Assembly: GCF_051903065.1 (NCBI RefSeq)
Contig: NZ_CP178438.1
Length of the DNA: 64,000 nt
Source: Escherichia coli
GTDB lineage: Bacteria; Pseudomonadota; Gammaproteobacteria; Enterobacterales; Enterobacteriaceae
Strand: one strand, 5' to 3'
Part shown: positions 42,874 through 55,939 of the stretch, piece after piece
Layout: each line of letters starts with the position of its first letter
How positions within the stretch are numbered: the stretch's first letter is position 1
Notes under the pieces: model-generated
What the model was told of the DNA's origin: nothing
The model's input: the letters and a program-made list of their open reading frames with translations, nothing else
Database searches by the model: none
Made by a program: the position numbers and the translations under genes

Positions 42874-45800
42874 ATGGCTAACTATTTTATTGATCGCCCG
42901 GTTTTTGCTTGGGTACTTGCCATTATTATGATGCTTGCAGGTGGTCTGGCGATCATGAACTTACCGGTTGCGCAGTATCCGCAGATTGCGCCACCGACCA
43001 TTACCGTCAGCGCTACCTATCCGGGTGCCGATGCGCAAACGGTAGAAGACTCGGTCACTCAGGTGATTGAGCAAAATATGAATGGGCTTGATGGCCTGAT
43101 GTACATGTCTTCAACCAGTGATGCGGCGGGTAATGCCTCTATCACTCTGACCTTCGAGACTGGGACATCTCCTGATATCGCACAGGTTCAGGTGCAAAAT
43201 AAACTGCAACTCGCTATGCCTTCATTACCTGAAGCAGTGCAGCAGCAGGGGATTAGCGTCGATAAATCGAGCAGTAATATCCTGATGGTAGCGGCGTTTA
43301 TTTCTGATAACGGCAGCCTCAACCAGTACGATATCGCGGACTATGTAGCGTCTAGTATCAAAGACCCGCTAAGCCGTACCGCGGGCGTTGGTAGCGTACA
43401 GCTCTTTGGTTCCGAGTACGCCATGCGTATCTGGCTGGACCCGCAAAAACTCAATAAATATAACCTGGTACCTTCCGATGTTATTTCCCAGATTAAGGTG
43501 CAAAACAACCAGATTTCCGGTGGTCAACTGGGTGGCATGCCACAGGCGGCAGACCAGCAGCTAAACGCCTCGATCATTGTGCAGACGCGTCTGCAAACGC
43601 CGGAAGAATTTGGCAAAATCCTGTTGAAAGTTCAGCAAGATGGTTCGCAAGTGCTGCTGCGTGATGTCGCCCGCGTCGAACTTGGGGCGGAAGATTATTC
43701 CACCGTGGCGCGCTATAACGGCAAACCTGCTGCCGGGATCGCCATCAAACTGGCTACCGGAGCAAACGCCCTGGATACCTCGCGGGCAGTCAAAGAGGAG
43801 CTGAACCGCTTATCAGCCTATTTCCCCGCAAGTCTGAAGACGGTTTATCCTTACGACACCACGCCGTTTATCGAAATTTCTATTCAGGAAGTTTTCAAAA
43901 CACTGGTTGAGGCTATCATCCTCGTCTTCCTGGTCATGTATCTGTTTTTGCAGAATTTCCGTGCCACAATCATCCCGACGATTGCCGTACCGGTGGTTAT
44001 TCTCGGGACGTTTGCGATCTTGTCGGCGGTCGGTTTCACCATCAACACGTTAACTATGTTCGGGATGGTGCTGGCGATAGGGTTACTGGTGGATGACGCC
44101 ATCGTAGTGGTGGAGAACGTCGAGCGTGTCATTGCGGAAGATAAGCTACCGCCGAAGGAAGCGACGCATAAATCGATGGGGCAGATCCAACGTGCGCTGG
44201 TCGGTATTGCCGTTGTTCTTTCCGCAGTGTTTATGCCGATGGCCTTTATGAGCGGTGCAACCGGGGAGATCTACCGCCAGTTCTCCATCACGCTGATCTC
44301 CTCCATGCTGCTTTCAGTATTTGTGGCAATGAGCCTGACCCCTGCCCTGTGCGCCACCATTCTGAAAGCCGCGCCGGAAGGCGGTCATAAACCTAACGCC
44401 CTGTTCGCACGCTTCAACACGCTGTTTGAAAAATCAACTCAGCACTATACCGATAGCACCCGCTCGCTGTTGCGTTGTACCGGTCGCTACATGGTGGTCT
44501 ACCTGCTGATTTGCGCCGGGATGGCGGTGCTGTTCCTGCGCACGCCGACCTCTTTCTTACCAGAAGAGGATCAGGGGGTATTTATGACCACCGCGCAGTT
44601 ACCTTCCGGTGCCACCATGGTTAACACCACGAAAGTGCTGCAACAGGTGACGGATTATTATCTGACTAAAGAGAAAGATAATGTCCAGTCGGTGTTTACC
44701 GTTGGCGGCTTTGGCTTCAGCGGCCAGGGGCAAAACAACGGCCTGGCGTTTATCAGTCTCAAGCCGTGGTCTGAACGTGTCGGTGAGGAAAACTCGGTTA
44801 CCGCGATCATTCAGCGGGCAATGATTGCGCTAAGCAGTATCAATAAAGCCGTCGTCTTCCCGTTCAACTTACCCGCGGTGGCTGAACTGGGTACCGCGTC
44901 AGGTTTTGATATGGAACTGCTGGACAACGGTAACCTGGGGCACGAAAAACTAACCCAGGCACGAAACGAGCTGTTATCACTGGCAGCGCAATCACCGAAT
45001 CAGGTCACCGGGGTACGCCCGAACGGCCTGGAAGATACGCCGATGTTCAAAGTGAACGTCAACGCCGCGAAAGCTGAGGCAATGGGTGTGGCGCTGTCTG
45101 ATATCAACCAGACAATTTCCACCGCCTTCGGCAGCAGCTACGTGAACGACTTCCTCAACCAGGGGCGGGTGAAAAAAGTGTATGTCCAGGCAGGCACGCC
45201 GTTCCGTATGTTGCCGGATAACATCAATCAATGGTATGTACGCAACGCCTCTGGCACGATGGCACCGCTTTCTGCCTACTCGTCTACCGAATGGACCTAT
45301 GGTTCACCGCGACTGGAACGCTACAACGGCATCCCGTCAATGGAGATTTTAGGTGAAGCGGCGGCCGGGAAAAGTACCGGTGACGCAATGAAATTTATGG
45401 CAGACCTGGTCGCTAAACTTCCGGCAGGCGTCGGCTACTCATGGACCGGACTGTCGTATCAGGAAGCGTTATCCTCAAATCAGGCTCCCGCGCTATATGC
45501 CATTTCACTGGTCGTGGTGTTCCTCGCCCTCGCCGCACTTTATGAGAGCTGGTCAATTCCGTTCTCGGTGATGTTGGTTGTTCCGTTAGGCGTCGTTGGC
45601 GCATTACTGGCCACCGATCTGCGCGGCTTAAGTAATGACGTCTACTTCCAGGTTGGTTTGCTGACCACCATCGGGCTTTCCGCCAAGAACGCCATCCTGA
45701 TTGTCGAATTTGCCGTTGAGATGATGCAGAAAGAAGGGAAAACGCCGATAGAGGCAATCATCGAAGCGGCGCGGATGCGTTTACGCCCAATCCTGATGAC

Positions 45801-45987
45801 CTCTCTGGCCTTTATTCTCGGCGTGCTGCCGCTGGTTATCAGTCATGGTGCCGGTTCTGGCGCGCAAAACGCGGTAGGTACCGGCGTGATGGGCGGGATG
45901 TTTGCCGCAACAGTGCTGGCAATTTACTTTGTTCCGGTCTTTTTCGTTGTAGTGGAACATCTCTTTGCCCGCTTTAAAAAAGCGTAA
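42874..45987 (+). CDS. mdtF: RND multidrug efflux pump MdtF (AcrB family)
   Basis: 1037-aa 12-TM ORF with AcrB-type N-terminus [20 protein letters not shown]. Confidence 0.95.
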   Translation: MANYFIDRPVFAWVLAIIMMLAGGLAIMNLPVAQYPQIAPPTITVSATYPGADAQTVEDSVTQVIEQNMNGLDGLMYMSSTSDAAGNASITLTFETGTSPDIAQVQVQNKLQLAMPSLPEAVQQQGISVDKSSSNILMVAAFISDNGSLNQYDIADYVASSIKDPLSRTAGVGSVQLFGSEYAMRIWLDPQKLNKYNLVPSDVISQIKVQNNQISGGQLGGMPQAADQQLNASIIVQTRLQTPEEFGKILLKVQQDGSQVLLRDVARVELGAEDYSTVARYNGKPAAGIAIKLATGANALDTSRAVKEELNRLSAYFPASLKTVYPYDTTPFIEISIQEVFKTLVEAIILVFLVMYLFLQNFRATIIPTIAVPVVILGTFAILSAVGFTINTLTMFGMVLAIGLLVDDAIVVVENVERVIAEDKLPPKEATHKSMGQIQRALVGIAVVLSAVFMPMAFMSGATGEIYRQFSITLISSMLLSVFVAMSLTPALCATILKAAPEGGHKPNALFARFNTLFEKSTQHYTDSTRSLLRCTGRYMVVYLLICAGMAVLFLRTPTSFLPEEDQGVFMTTAQLPSGATMVNTTKVLQQVTDYYLTKEKDNVQSVFTVGGFGFSGQGQNNGLAFISLKPWSERVGEENSVTAIIQRAMIALSSINKAVVFPFNLPAVAELGTASGFDMELLDNGNLGHEKLTQARNELLSLAAQSPNQVTGVRPNGLEDTPMFKVNVNAAKAEAMGVALSDINQTISTAFGSSYVNDFLNQGRVKKVYVQAGTPFRMLPDNINQWYVRNASGTMAPLSAYSSTEWTYGSPRLERYNGIPSMEILGEAAAGKSTGDAMKFMADLVAKLPAGVGYSWTGLSYQEALSSNQAPALYAISLVVVFLALAALYESWSIPFSVMLVVPLGVVGALLATDLRGLSNDVYFQVGLLTTIGLSAKNAILIVEFAVEMMQKEGKTPIEAIIEAARMRLRPILMTSLAFILGVLPLVISHGAGSGAQNAVGTGVMGGMFAATVLAIYFVPVFFVVVEHLFARFKKA

Positions 45988-45998
45988 CGTGTAAATGA

Positions 45999-46032
45999 GA
46001 GTAAGGTTGAACGTGAAGGTTCAGCCTTACTC
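45999..46032 (+). terminator. Hairpin after mdtF
   Basis: gagtaaggttgaac ... gttcagccttactc with one mismatch, 11 bp after the stop; weak T-tract. Confidence 0.4.
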
Positions 46033-46349
46033 TTTCCTGCTAACCATTCACCACTCAACAACCAGCTAACCGTCAGGAATACCAGGCTTAGTACACAGCA
46101 CTGAAAGTAGAAACCACTCCAGCCATTCGTCATCAATTTGAACAGCACAATACTGACCCACATTCCCGTAATCGTATGAATTGTCAGCTTAATAATCCCA
46201 AACATGCCTAGTCTTTTCCTCCTGAAAATACCTATACCGCCTGGCAAACTGCGAAAGAGAACTAGCCGGTAGCCCGGCAGAAATCATCAGGGAAGAGTTT
46301 CACATGAAGCAGGTGTGAGATCCTGACCAATATTCAAATGCGAAATATG

Positions 46350-47078
46350 TCAGGAAAAGGTACCTGGCGAATGTTGCGCAAACTGATGTGGCGTTACACC
46401 ATAATATTGTCGAAATGTGTTTATAAAGTACGATGTACTGCTATAGCCACATTTTTCCGCAATAGTATGCAGAGGAATTTGACGTAACTCGAGTAATCGT
46501 CTGGCCATCGACATCCTGGAGGCGAGTAATATTTTACTGAAACAGGTATTTTCATCCTGCAACTTTTTTTTGATTAGACTCTCGCTGGTATACATTCTTT
46601 CCGCGATATCGCGCAGATACCAACGTTTAGCGATATCAAAGCTAATAAGGCGTTCAACTTTTCCTGAAACAGTACTGATGCTATTGAAAAGTAAGGGGAT
46701 CAGTTCTTTCTTATGAGAAAACATCGATAAACAGGAAAGATAGAGCATTTTGCTCAGTATCGGCGAATTTACCCCGGAGTCATTGAAACTATCAAAAATC
46801 GCCGTCACCAGCGGCATGGGGGGTGACTGGTTAATTAACAGACGGTCTTTGCTATGTAACCCTAAATTGCGTGGTAGCTGACGAATATTTTGTAAGTAAT
46901 GGCAAACTGTCAGCTCATCGATATCCAGCCGTCGCGTATCCGGTGAACAAAACGCAAAATCGTCTGCCAAATTTTTATCCAGCAGCAGGATACTCTCGTT
47001 ATGCAGCGATATTTTTTGCTGTTCATGATAAATATCGAATGAACGACGAATGAGGATCACCGAGCAGACATGAGTCAT
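46350..47078 (-). CDS. gadW: AraC-family regulator GadW
   Basis: 242-aa ORF with C-terminal AraC HTH. Confidence 0.9.
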   Translation of the reverse strand: MTHVCSVILIRRSFDIYHEQQKISLHNESILLLDKNLADDFAFCSPDTRRLDIDELTVCHYLQNIRQLPRNLGLHSKDRLLINQSPPMPLVTAIFDSFNDSGVNSPILSKMLYLSCLSMFSHKKELIPLLFNSISTVSGKVERLISFDIAKRWYLRDIAERMYTSESLIKKKLQDENTCFSKILLASRMSMARRLLELRQIPLHTIAEKCGYSSTSYFINTFRQYYGVTPHQFAQHSPGTFS

Positions 47079-47323
47079 GATTATCCCTTATATTTCATAC
47101 TGCGATTATTTCAATTTCAGTATACTAATGAAATGATGCCAGACTGTTTCTTAGCGCAAAAACTGCCAGATTTGGTAGGACCAAAATTTATCCACAAAGT
47201 AGTTTTGCATAACAGTTAATTGATAATAAGTAAATGCAACACGAATATATTTTCGCACAGCGTATAGCTTATGTTTATAAAAAAATGGCTGATCTTATTT
47301 CCAGTAAAAGTTATATTTAACTT

Positions 47324-47429
47324 ACTGAGAGCACAAAGTTTCCCGTGCCAACAGGGAGTGTTATAACGGTTTATTAGTCTGGAGACGGCAGACTATCCTC
47401 TTCCCGGTCCCCTATGCCGGGTTTTTTTT
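47324..47429 (+). ncRNA. gadY: GadY small RNA, antisense to the gadX 3' end
   Basis: Matches remembered GadY start ACTGAGAGCACAAAGTTTCCCGTGCC...; ends in cccggtcccctatgccggg hairpin plus T8. Confidence 0.75.
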
Positions 47430-47445
47430 ATGTCTGAGTAAAACT

Positions 47446-48270
47446 CTATAATCTTATTCCTTCCGCAGAACAGTCAGTGCCGTAAAAATTCCCTTGCGCA
47501 ACAATACTTGCCGCCGAGTCACGGTTCGACAATCTCTGCGCCGATCGCTCCTGATACTCTGTGGGCGTCATCCCATAATAATTTCGAAAGACGTAAATGA
47601 AATACGACACGCTGTGATATCCACAGGATACTGCAACTCGCTTAATTGAAAAACCATGTATAACAATAAGTTGCAAAGCACGTTTCATTCTACACTCAGT
47701 AAGCAACTGTGAATATGATGTCTCTTCTTCGCGCAATTTTTTCTTTAACAGACTTGGACTCATCAACAGCTCGCTGGCGATTCGGGCTAGTGTCCACTCA
47801 TGGGCGATATTATTATTGATAACCGTACAAACTCGTGTTCGCATGTTCGGTTGTAAAACGTTCAGAAGCAGCGGTATAAAGTGCTCATCCTCAAGAAAAA
47901 CAGATAACAACGCAAAGATTAATGCTCTTTTACGTAGCATTTCTGCATAGCGAAGATTCTTATTCTGCGATAGTTGCGCAACTTCCTGAAAAACAGGAAT
48001 ATCTCTGCTACAGTGATGAACGAGTAATGAAGAAACTTTTTTATGTGCATGAAGATTTAATGCCTCCTCCTTGAGCATCGGGAGAAATAATGAAAGCGTG
48101 TCCCTTGACACGAATACAAAATTTTCAACACACTTATCTACTCGAATTTGGCTTGCATCCGCAAAAACCAGGTCACCGCCATTAAAATAGCGATATTCAC
48201 CATTAACCATGGTGAGAATATATTTATGTCTTGCATACGCAATTAGACAATTCCCATGTAGTGATTGCAT
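47446..48270 (-). CDS. gadX: AraC-family regulator GadX
   Basis: 274-aa ORF with C-terminal AraC HTH. Confidence 0.9.
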   Translation of the reverse strand: MQSLHGNCLIAYARHKYILTMVNGEYRYFNGGDLVFADASQIRVDKCVENFVFVSRDTLSLFLPMLKEEALNLHAHKKVSSLLVHHCSRDIPVFQEVAQLSQNKNLRYAEMLRKRALIFALLSVFLEDEHFIPLLLNVLQPNMRTRVCTVINNNIAHEWTLARIASELLMSPSLLKKKLREEETSYSQLLTECRMKRALQLIVIHGFSIKRVAVSCGYHSVSYFIYVFRNYYGMTPTEYQERSAQRLSNRDSAASIVAQGNFYGTDCSAEGIRL

Positions 48271-48639
48271 AGTTGACTTAATATTACATAAACATATTAC
48301 TGTTTATTAATGTAGCACGCCGCCCTCTTAAGTCAAATTGATTGATAAATAAATTTAAACGAAGCGGGAGAACAGGATGATAATGTGTGATGTTCTACGG
48401 GCAGGATGACTGGATTTATAATACAAATACGTGTTTAAGAACGCAGGGAAATTAATAGTAAGCAAATAATCCCTTTTCGTGACATTAAAGGTAATCGCTA
48501 CATTTAATAAACATTCATATAACATATATCTTATCAACACGATGAATAGACAGCCAATATATTATTGCGATTAATAAGCAACCGAATGCCCAGCTGTTTT
48601 TTTAAAGGCTGGGCATTCGGTTTTTACAACGTTATGTTA

Positions 48640-50040
48640 TCAGGTGTGTTTAAAGCTGTTCTGCTGGGCAATACCCTGCAGTTTCGGGTGATCGCTGAGA
48701 TATTTCAGGGAGGCTTTGTAGTCTTCCAGCAACAGTTCAGCAAAGTCCATTTCGAAGCCGCGACGACACATAATGCGCATCACCACGATGTCGGTGGCTT
48801 CACCGCCGAGAGTGAAGGCCGGAACCTGCCAGCCGCGCAGACGCAGACGTTCAGAGAGGTCGTACAGGGTGTATCCCGGATCTTCACCATCTTTCAGTTT
48901 GAAGCAAACTGCCGGGATGCCTTCGTCCGGGCGACCCGTACAGATGAACTCATACGGCCCCAGTTTGGCGATTTCATCCGCCAGATAAGCGGCAACCTGG
49001 TAAGAGGCGTTCTGTACTTTGGTATAGCCTTCACGACCGAGGCGCAGGAATTCATAGTACTGTGCAATTACCTGACCCGCCGGGCGGGAGAAGTTGATGG
49101 CAAAAGTACCAATCTGACCCCCCAGGTAGTCAACGTTGAACACCAGTTCCTGCGGCAGCGCTTCTTCGTCACGCCAGATAACCCAGCCGCAGCCCAGCGG
49201 AGCCAGACCGAATTTATGGCCTGAAGCACTGATCGATTTCACACGCGGCAGGCGGAAGTCCCAGACGATATCCGGGGCGACGAACGGTGCCAGAAAGCCA
49301 CCGCTGGCGGCGTCGATGTGCATGTCGATGTCGATACCGGTGTCGGCCTGGAATTTATCCAGTGCATCGTGCAGCGGTTGCGGGAACTCATAGTTACCGG
49401 TGTAGGTCACGCCGAAAGTCGGCACCACGCCGATGGTGTTTTCGTCGCAGGCTTCAATCATGCGTTTCGGGTCCATAAACAACTGACCGGGGCGCATAGG
49501 GATCTCACGCAGCTCCACATCCCAGTAGCGGGCGAATTTATGCCAGCAGATTTGTACCGGACCGCACACCAGGTTTGGTTTATCCGTTGGTTTGCCTGCA
49601 GCTTCCATACGCTTGCGCCAACGCCATTTCATCGCCATCCCGCCGAGCATACAGGCCTCGGAAGAACCAATGGTGTTGGTGCCAACGGCCTGACCATTTT
49701 TCGGCGCAGGCGCATGCCACAGATCGGCAACCATATTTACGCAACGCAGGTCGATGGCTGCGGATTGCGGATATTCTTCTTTGTCGATCCAGTTTTTATT
49801 GATCGACAAATCCATCAATTTATGGACGTTTTCGTCGTCCCAGGTCTGGCAGAAAGTGGCCAGGTTCTGACGAGCGTTGCCATCAAGATATAATTCATCA
49901 TTGATAATCTGGAATGCGACATCATCGCGCATTTCGTGCAGCGGAAATCGTTTTGACTCCGCGATAGTAGAAATGGCCTTTGCGCCAAAACGTGAATCGA
50001 GTAGTTCTGAGCGGAAATCCGTTAACAGCTTCTGGTCCAT
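48640..50040 (-). CDS. gadA: Glutamate decarboxylase alpha
   Basis: Translation from [21 protein letters not shown]; 466 aa; PLP-lysine region SISASGHKF. Confidence 0.9.
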   Translation of the reverse strand: MDQKLLTDFRSELLDSRFGAKAISTIAESKRFPLHEMRDDVAFQIINDELYLDGNARQNLATFCQTWDDENVHKLMDLSINKNWIDKEEYPQSAAIDLRCVNMVADLWHAPAPKNGQAVGTNTIGSSEACMLGGMAMKWRWRKRMEAAGKPTDKPNLVCGPVQICWHKFARYWDVELREIPMRPGQLFMDPKRMIEACDENTIGVVPTFGVTYTGNYEFPQPLHDALDKFQADTGIDIDMHIDAASGGFLAPFVAPDIVWDFRLPRVKSISASGHKFGLAPLGCGWVIWRDEEALPQELVFNVDYLGGQIGTFAINFSRPAGQVIAQYYEFLRLGREGYTKVQNASYQVAAYLADEIAKLGPYEFICTGRPDEGIPAVCFKLKDGEDPGYTLYDLSERLRLRGWQVPAFTLGGEATDIVVMRIMCRRGFEMDFAELLLEDYKASLKYLSDHPKLQGIAQQNSFKHT

Positions 50041-50119
50041 TTCGAACTCCTTAAATTTATTTGAAGGCAATAAAAAAGTAGGATTTATCCGCAATGGAAG
50101 CAAGGCATTACAGGCTTAA

Positions 50120-50139
50120 TTTAAATAACAAAATCCTAA
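50120..50139 (-). promoter_or_regulatory. GAD box (GadE/GadX/GadW site) upstream of gadA
   Basis: Reverse complement TTAGGATTTTGTTATTTAAA, identical to the remembered 20-bp GAD box. Confidence 0.7.
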
Positions 50140-50250
50140 GCAGAAAAACGACTTTTTATAATATAAACATTTAACATGATAATATTAAAAACAGACTTTA
50201 TTATCATAATAAAAATCGCCCAAACATTCCTGTTCGGGCGATCAAATTAA

Positions 50251-51648
50251 TTATTGTTTATCCTGCATATACGGCGTGTACACCCCGTTCAGACTGTGCA
50301 GGAAAGCTACGATATCATCCACATCCTCCTGCGGCAGCTCTTTGCCTACCTGATAGCGCAACATCAGCTTCACCGCCCCGTCCAGCGTCGGCACGTCACC
50401 GCGATGGAAGTACGGTGCCGTTAAAGCAACGTTACGTAAACCGGGTACTTTCTGACGCAATTTATCACGCTCTTCTTTAGTAACATTCATACGACCAATA
50501 TCCGCCGCCGTAATTTCACCAAAGTTAAAGTCTTTTTTCAGCCCCAACGGTTCGAAGGAACGTCCGCCGAGAATAATACCACCATGACAAGTTGCACATT
50601 TATTATCTTTAAATAATTGATAGCCTTTTTTCTGTTGCGCCGTCAGCGCATTCTCATCTCCACGCAACCATTTATCAAATGGGGAATCCGGCGTAATTAA
50701 TGTTTTCTCAAATTCAGCAATGGCATCAGTAATATTTTCGCCACTGAAACCTTGCGGATAGACTTCGAGGAACTGCGCTTTAAGCCGCGGATCTTTTTCC
50801 AGCTTGGCAATAATTTCGTCCCAGGATTTTGACGCCATTTCAATCGGGTTCAACGGCGGTCCACCAGCCTGATCCTGCAATGTTGCCGCACGGCCATCCC
50901 AGAACTGCTCAACGTTAAATACTGAGTTAAATACCGTCGGCGCGTTAATCGGCCCAACTGCGCCACCAACACCAATTGATGTTTTTCTGCCATCGACGCC
51001 CCCCGCATTCAACGCATGGCAATGAGCGCATGAAATGGTGCTATCAGCCGATAAACGGGGATCGTGATACAGCGCAAAGCCCAACGCCACTTTTTGCGCA
51101 TCGGTAGGCAGTTTTTGCGGGATGGGCTGCACCGGTTCATTGCGATGCTCCGGAGCAGTATCATTGCTGGCGTAATATTCCGCGCGCTGTTTTGCAATCC
51201 AGGCCAGTATTTCCGCCCGCTCTTCATCACTCACCTTACCCGCCCAGTGAAGCGCGGTATAACGCGTTGGTGGCATAGTTTCATACTGCATCACCCATTC
51301 AATCTTATTCAGATCGCTTTGCGAAACGGGTTTATCAGCCAGCAGTGCCGCACGCACGGCCTCGAGGTTAAAAGATTTATATCCAAGCTTAATGTCGTAA
51401 TCCATCAACTGTTTCGCGCCAGGAATATAATAATAGGCGGGTAATTCTGCCGAAGGCGTGTGGCAATAGTCGCATCCTTTTTCGCGGAGAAAGCCTAAAA
51501 CCTTATTATTTTCACTGACAGCAGATGCCTGAACATCGGCCTGTTTACTGCGTTTATTATCGTGGTACCACACATAACCAGATAACCCTAAATAGCAAAT
51601 CGCGACGCCAGCCAGGCCGATCGCGGTAATACGTGAGACCATTTTCAT
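50251..51648 (-). CDS. yhjA: Dihaem cytochrome c peroxidase (YhjA/Ccp)
   Basis: 465-aa ORF with three CxxCH haem motifs (CDYCH, CAHCH, CATCH). Confidence 0.9.
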   Translation of the reverse strand: MKMVSRITAIGLAGVAICYLGLSGYVWYHDNKRSKQADVQASAVSENNKVLGFLREKGCDYCHTPSAELPAYYYIPGAKQLMDYDIKLGYKSFNLEAVRAALLADKPVSQSDLNKIEWVMQYETMPPTRYTALHWAGKVSDEERAEILAWIAKQRAEYYASNDTAPEHRNEPVQPIPQKLPTDAQKVALGFALYHDPRLSADSTISCAHCHALNAGGVDGRKTSIGVGGAVGPINAPTVFNSVFNVEQFWDGRAATLQDQAGGPPLNPIEMASKSWDEIIAKLEKDPRLKAQFLEVYPQGFSGENITDAIAEFEKTLITPDSPFDKWLRGDENALTAQQKKGYQLFKDNKCATCHGGIILGGRSFEPLGLKKDFNFGEITAADIGRMNVTKEERDKLRQKVPGLRNVALTAPYFHRGDVPTLDGAVKLMLRYQVGKELPQEDVDDIVAFLHSLNGVYTPYMQDKQ

Positions 51649-51755
51649 TATTCTTCCCTCACGGTGGTGAGTTATTGTGACCCAGAAAATTTTCCAGAAT
51701 GCTGCAAACGTCTCTGCGAGACAAAGCCATCATAAAAAACAGGGAGATACGCTTT

Positions 51756-51769
51756 TTGATAGGAATCAA
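51756..51769. promoter_or_regulatory. FNR site upstream of yhjA
   Basis: TTGATaggaATCAA, perfect half-sites of TTGAT-N4-ATCAA, about 110 bp before the ATG. Confidence 0.55.
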
Positions 51770-52021
51770 TCAATTACATGAATATAAACTATCAATAAGA
51801 TAGCCTGTGCCTATTACCCAGATCAGGAATGGCATATCATGATTGCGGCGAGAGCAGGATTGAATGTTCTGAAAATGAAAAACAACACGAAATCTGTATT
51901 TTTATAAATTCCATTGATATTAGTGCGTTATATTTTTTGACAGGTTAATAAACGTGATCCACCGCACGCTTTGTCGCCCACCAGGCGGAGCGAATGACTA
52001 CCCTTAAAGAAAAGCCGATAA

Positions 52022-53701
<1,680 letters not shown>

Positions 53702-53703
53702 TA

Positions 53704-53744
53704 TTTTTACAGCCAGCCGCTAACTTCCTGCTGGCTGTAAAATT
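53704..53744. terminator. Bidirectional terminator between treF and yhjB
   Basis: tacagccagc / gctggctgta 10-bp perfect stem flanked by ttttt and aaaatt. Confidence 0.6.
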
Positions 53745-53751
53745 ATCCTCT

Positions 53752-54354
53752 TCAGGAGGAGATATTTAACATCATTGCCGCCTGGGTGCGATTTTTCACT
53801 TCCAGACGGCGATACAGGGATTCCAGATGCGCTTTTACCGTTCCGGTACTGATATTCAGCGCTCTGCCGATCTCCTTATTTGATTCGCCCGCCGCTAACA
53901 TGGTTAAAATCTCCCGCTGGCGGGCGCTTAACGATTTGAGATCTTTAATGTCCTTTTCCGGCGTCGTCCGCCAGTCTCCAGGCAGAAACATCATCCCCAT
54001 CGCCGCACTATTTACCGCCAACGCAAATGTCTCGACGGTTGAATCACGAGGCACAATGGCCAGCACATTAAAATGAATAACTTCCTGTAACCACCGTTTA
54101 TTGCAATCCGTCGCCGTGATTAACACCTTAACCTCAGGAAACTGCACCACGGTTTTTTGCAGTAACCAGTAGCAAAACTCACCATCCTGATCGCCATCGA
54201 GCATAACTAAGGCTTCAGGGTAACTTTCCAGCTTTTGCCATAACTCGTCTGCCTGACTGGCCCCCTGAATACTCACTCCTGGAATACGCTGCTGTAAACT
54301 GATTTTCATTCCATGAATAAATATTGACTGCCTGTCAAACATGACTATTTGCAT
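53752..54354 (-). CDS. yhjB: LuxR-type response-regulator-like protein YhjB
   Basis: 200-aa ORF with receiver-like N-terminus and C-terminal LuxR HTH. Confidence 0.8.
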   Translation of the reverse strand: MQIVMFDRQSIFIHGMKISLQQRIPGVSIQGASQADELWQKLESYPEALVMLDGDQDGEFCYWLLQKTVVQFPEVKVLITATDCNKRWLQEVIHFNVLAIVPRDSTVETFALAVNSAAMGMMFLPGDWRTTPEKDIKDLKSLSARQREILTMLAAGESNKEIGRALNISTGTVKAHLESLYRRLEVKNRTQAAMMLNISS

Positions 54355-54518
54355 AACTGAATCTCCACCTGAATACGTTAAAAAGACTTAAGTAGTGGAA
54401 GGGTATTACCCGCGAGAAAAAATAAGAATTCGCCATTTGGCGGTGGCCATTCTACAGAGATGACGCGTAGAAAATAGTTACCGATATAAATAGTTACAGC
54501 TAAACGCCTGAAATTACA

Positions 54519-54527
54519 TGTCGAGGG
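54519..54527. repeat. Left 9-bp target-site duplication TGTCGAGGG
   Basis: Identical 9-mer immediately outside both terminal inverted repeats. Confidence 0.85.
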
Positions 54528-55584
54528 GGCTTTGTTGAATAAATCAGATTTCGGGTAAGTCTCCCCCGTAGCGGGTTGTGTTTTCAGGCAATACGCACGC
54601 TTTCAGGCATACCTGCTTTCGTCATTTTGTTCAGCGCTCGTACCAGGGCCATAGCCTCTGCAACCTGACCATCGTAGTCACGCAGTGTCAGTGAACCCCC
54701 GAACAGCTGTTTTACCCGGTACATCGCCGTTTCCGCTATCGAGCGACGGTTGTAATCTGTTGTCCATTTCCACCGCGCATTACTCCCGGTCATTCGCTGA
54801 TTAGCCACTGCACGGTTACGGTCTGCATATTCACCGGGCCAGTAACCCGCACCTTTTCGGGGAGGGATAAGCGCGCTGATTTTCTTACGCCGCAGTTCAT
54901 CGTGACATAGCCGGGTATCGTAAGCGCCATCGGCGGCGGCTGACCTGATTTTCCGGTGGGTTTGCCGGATTAACCCGGGGAAGGCCTCTGAGTCCGTAAC
55001 GTTGTTCAGCGACAGGTCAGCGCAGATGATTTCATGTGTTTTACTGTCAACGGCGAGATGCAGCTTACGCCAGATACGGCGGCGTTCCTGGCCATGCTTT
55101 TTGACTTTCCACTCGCCTTCACCGAAGACCTTCAGCCCGGTGGAATCAATTACCAGGTGTGCGATTTCACCCCGGGTGGGCGTTTTGAAACTGACATTAA
55201 CCGACTTTGCCCGCCTGCTGACACAGCTGTAATCCGGGCAGCGTAGCGGAACGTTCATCAGAGAAAAAATGGAATCAATAAAGCCCTGCGCAGCGCGCAG
55301 GGTCAGCCTGAATACGCGTTTAATGACCAGCACAGTCGTGATGGCAAGGTCAGAATAGCGCTGAGGTCTGCCTCGTGAAGAAGGTGTTGCTGACTCATAC
55401 CAGGCCTGAATAGCTTCATCATCCAGCCAGAAAGTTATGGAGCCACGGTTGATGAGGGCTTTATTGTAGGTGGGCCAGTTGGTGATTTTGAACTTTTGCT
55501 TTGCCACGGAACGGTCTGCGTTGTCGGGAAGATACGTGATCTGATCCTTCAACTCAGCAAAAGTTCGATTTATTCAACAAAGCC
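54528..55584 (-). mobile_element. IS903-type insertion sequence (IS5 family), 1057 bp with perfect 18-bp terminal inverted repeats
   Basis: GGCTTTGTTGAATAAATC at 54528-54545 and its reverse complement at 55567-55584; internal transposase ORF. Confidence 0.9.
54584..55552 (-). CDS. IS903-family transposase
   Basis: 322-aa ORF matching the IS903/IS102 transposase as I remember it (…AKQKFKITNW.TYNKALINRGS.TFWLDDEAIQAWYE...). Confidence 0.85.
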   Translation of the reverse strand: MKDQITYLPDNADRSVAKQKFKITNWPTYNKALINRGSITFWLDDEAIQAWYESATPSSRGRPQRYSDLAITTVLVIKRVFRLTLRAAQGFIDSIFSLMNVPLRCPDYSCVSRRAKSVNVSFKTPTRGEIAHLVIDSTGLKVFGEGEWKVKKHGQERRRIWRKLHLAVDSKTHEIICADLSLNNVTDSEAFPGLIRQTHRKIRSAAADGAYDTRLCHDELRRKKISALIPPRKGAGYWPGEYADRNRAVANQRMTGSNARWKWTTDYNRRSIAETAMYRVKQLFGGSLTLRDYDGQVAEAMALVRALNKMTKAGMPESVRIA

Positions 55585-55593
55585 TGTCGAGGG
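55585..55593. repeat. Right 9-bp target-site duplication TGTCGAGGG
   Basis: Identical to the left copy. Confidence 0.85.
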
Positions 55594-55939
55594 CACTATT
55601 TAAAACAATTTTGAGGATTTCCTTATATTGGTGGTTAGTACGCATGCAATTAAAAATGAAATTCCGCGACCACAAGCCAAAATAACAAATGGCAATGAGA
55701 CAAAAATAAGCACAAATAGCCAATACGTCCTCTATTCACTTTAAAGGGAATCGCTGAAAAATACGCTCTGTTTAAGGGGATTTACCTTTCTCAGAAAGCT
55801 ATTCCGCCCTTTTCCTGCTGAGAAATCGCCACATTCGTCATGACAACATTGTGAAACCCGGCATTAGATGTTAGAAAAAACAATAAACAATGCGATATGC
55901 GCGTTACTGTTTCGCTGTGAACAACAATCGGTCAAAGAA

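Noticed and set aside
48565-49893. 219-aa and 191-aa plus-strand ORFs
   Set aside because: Antisense to gadA.
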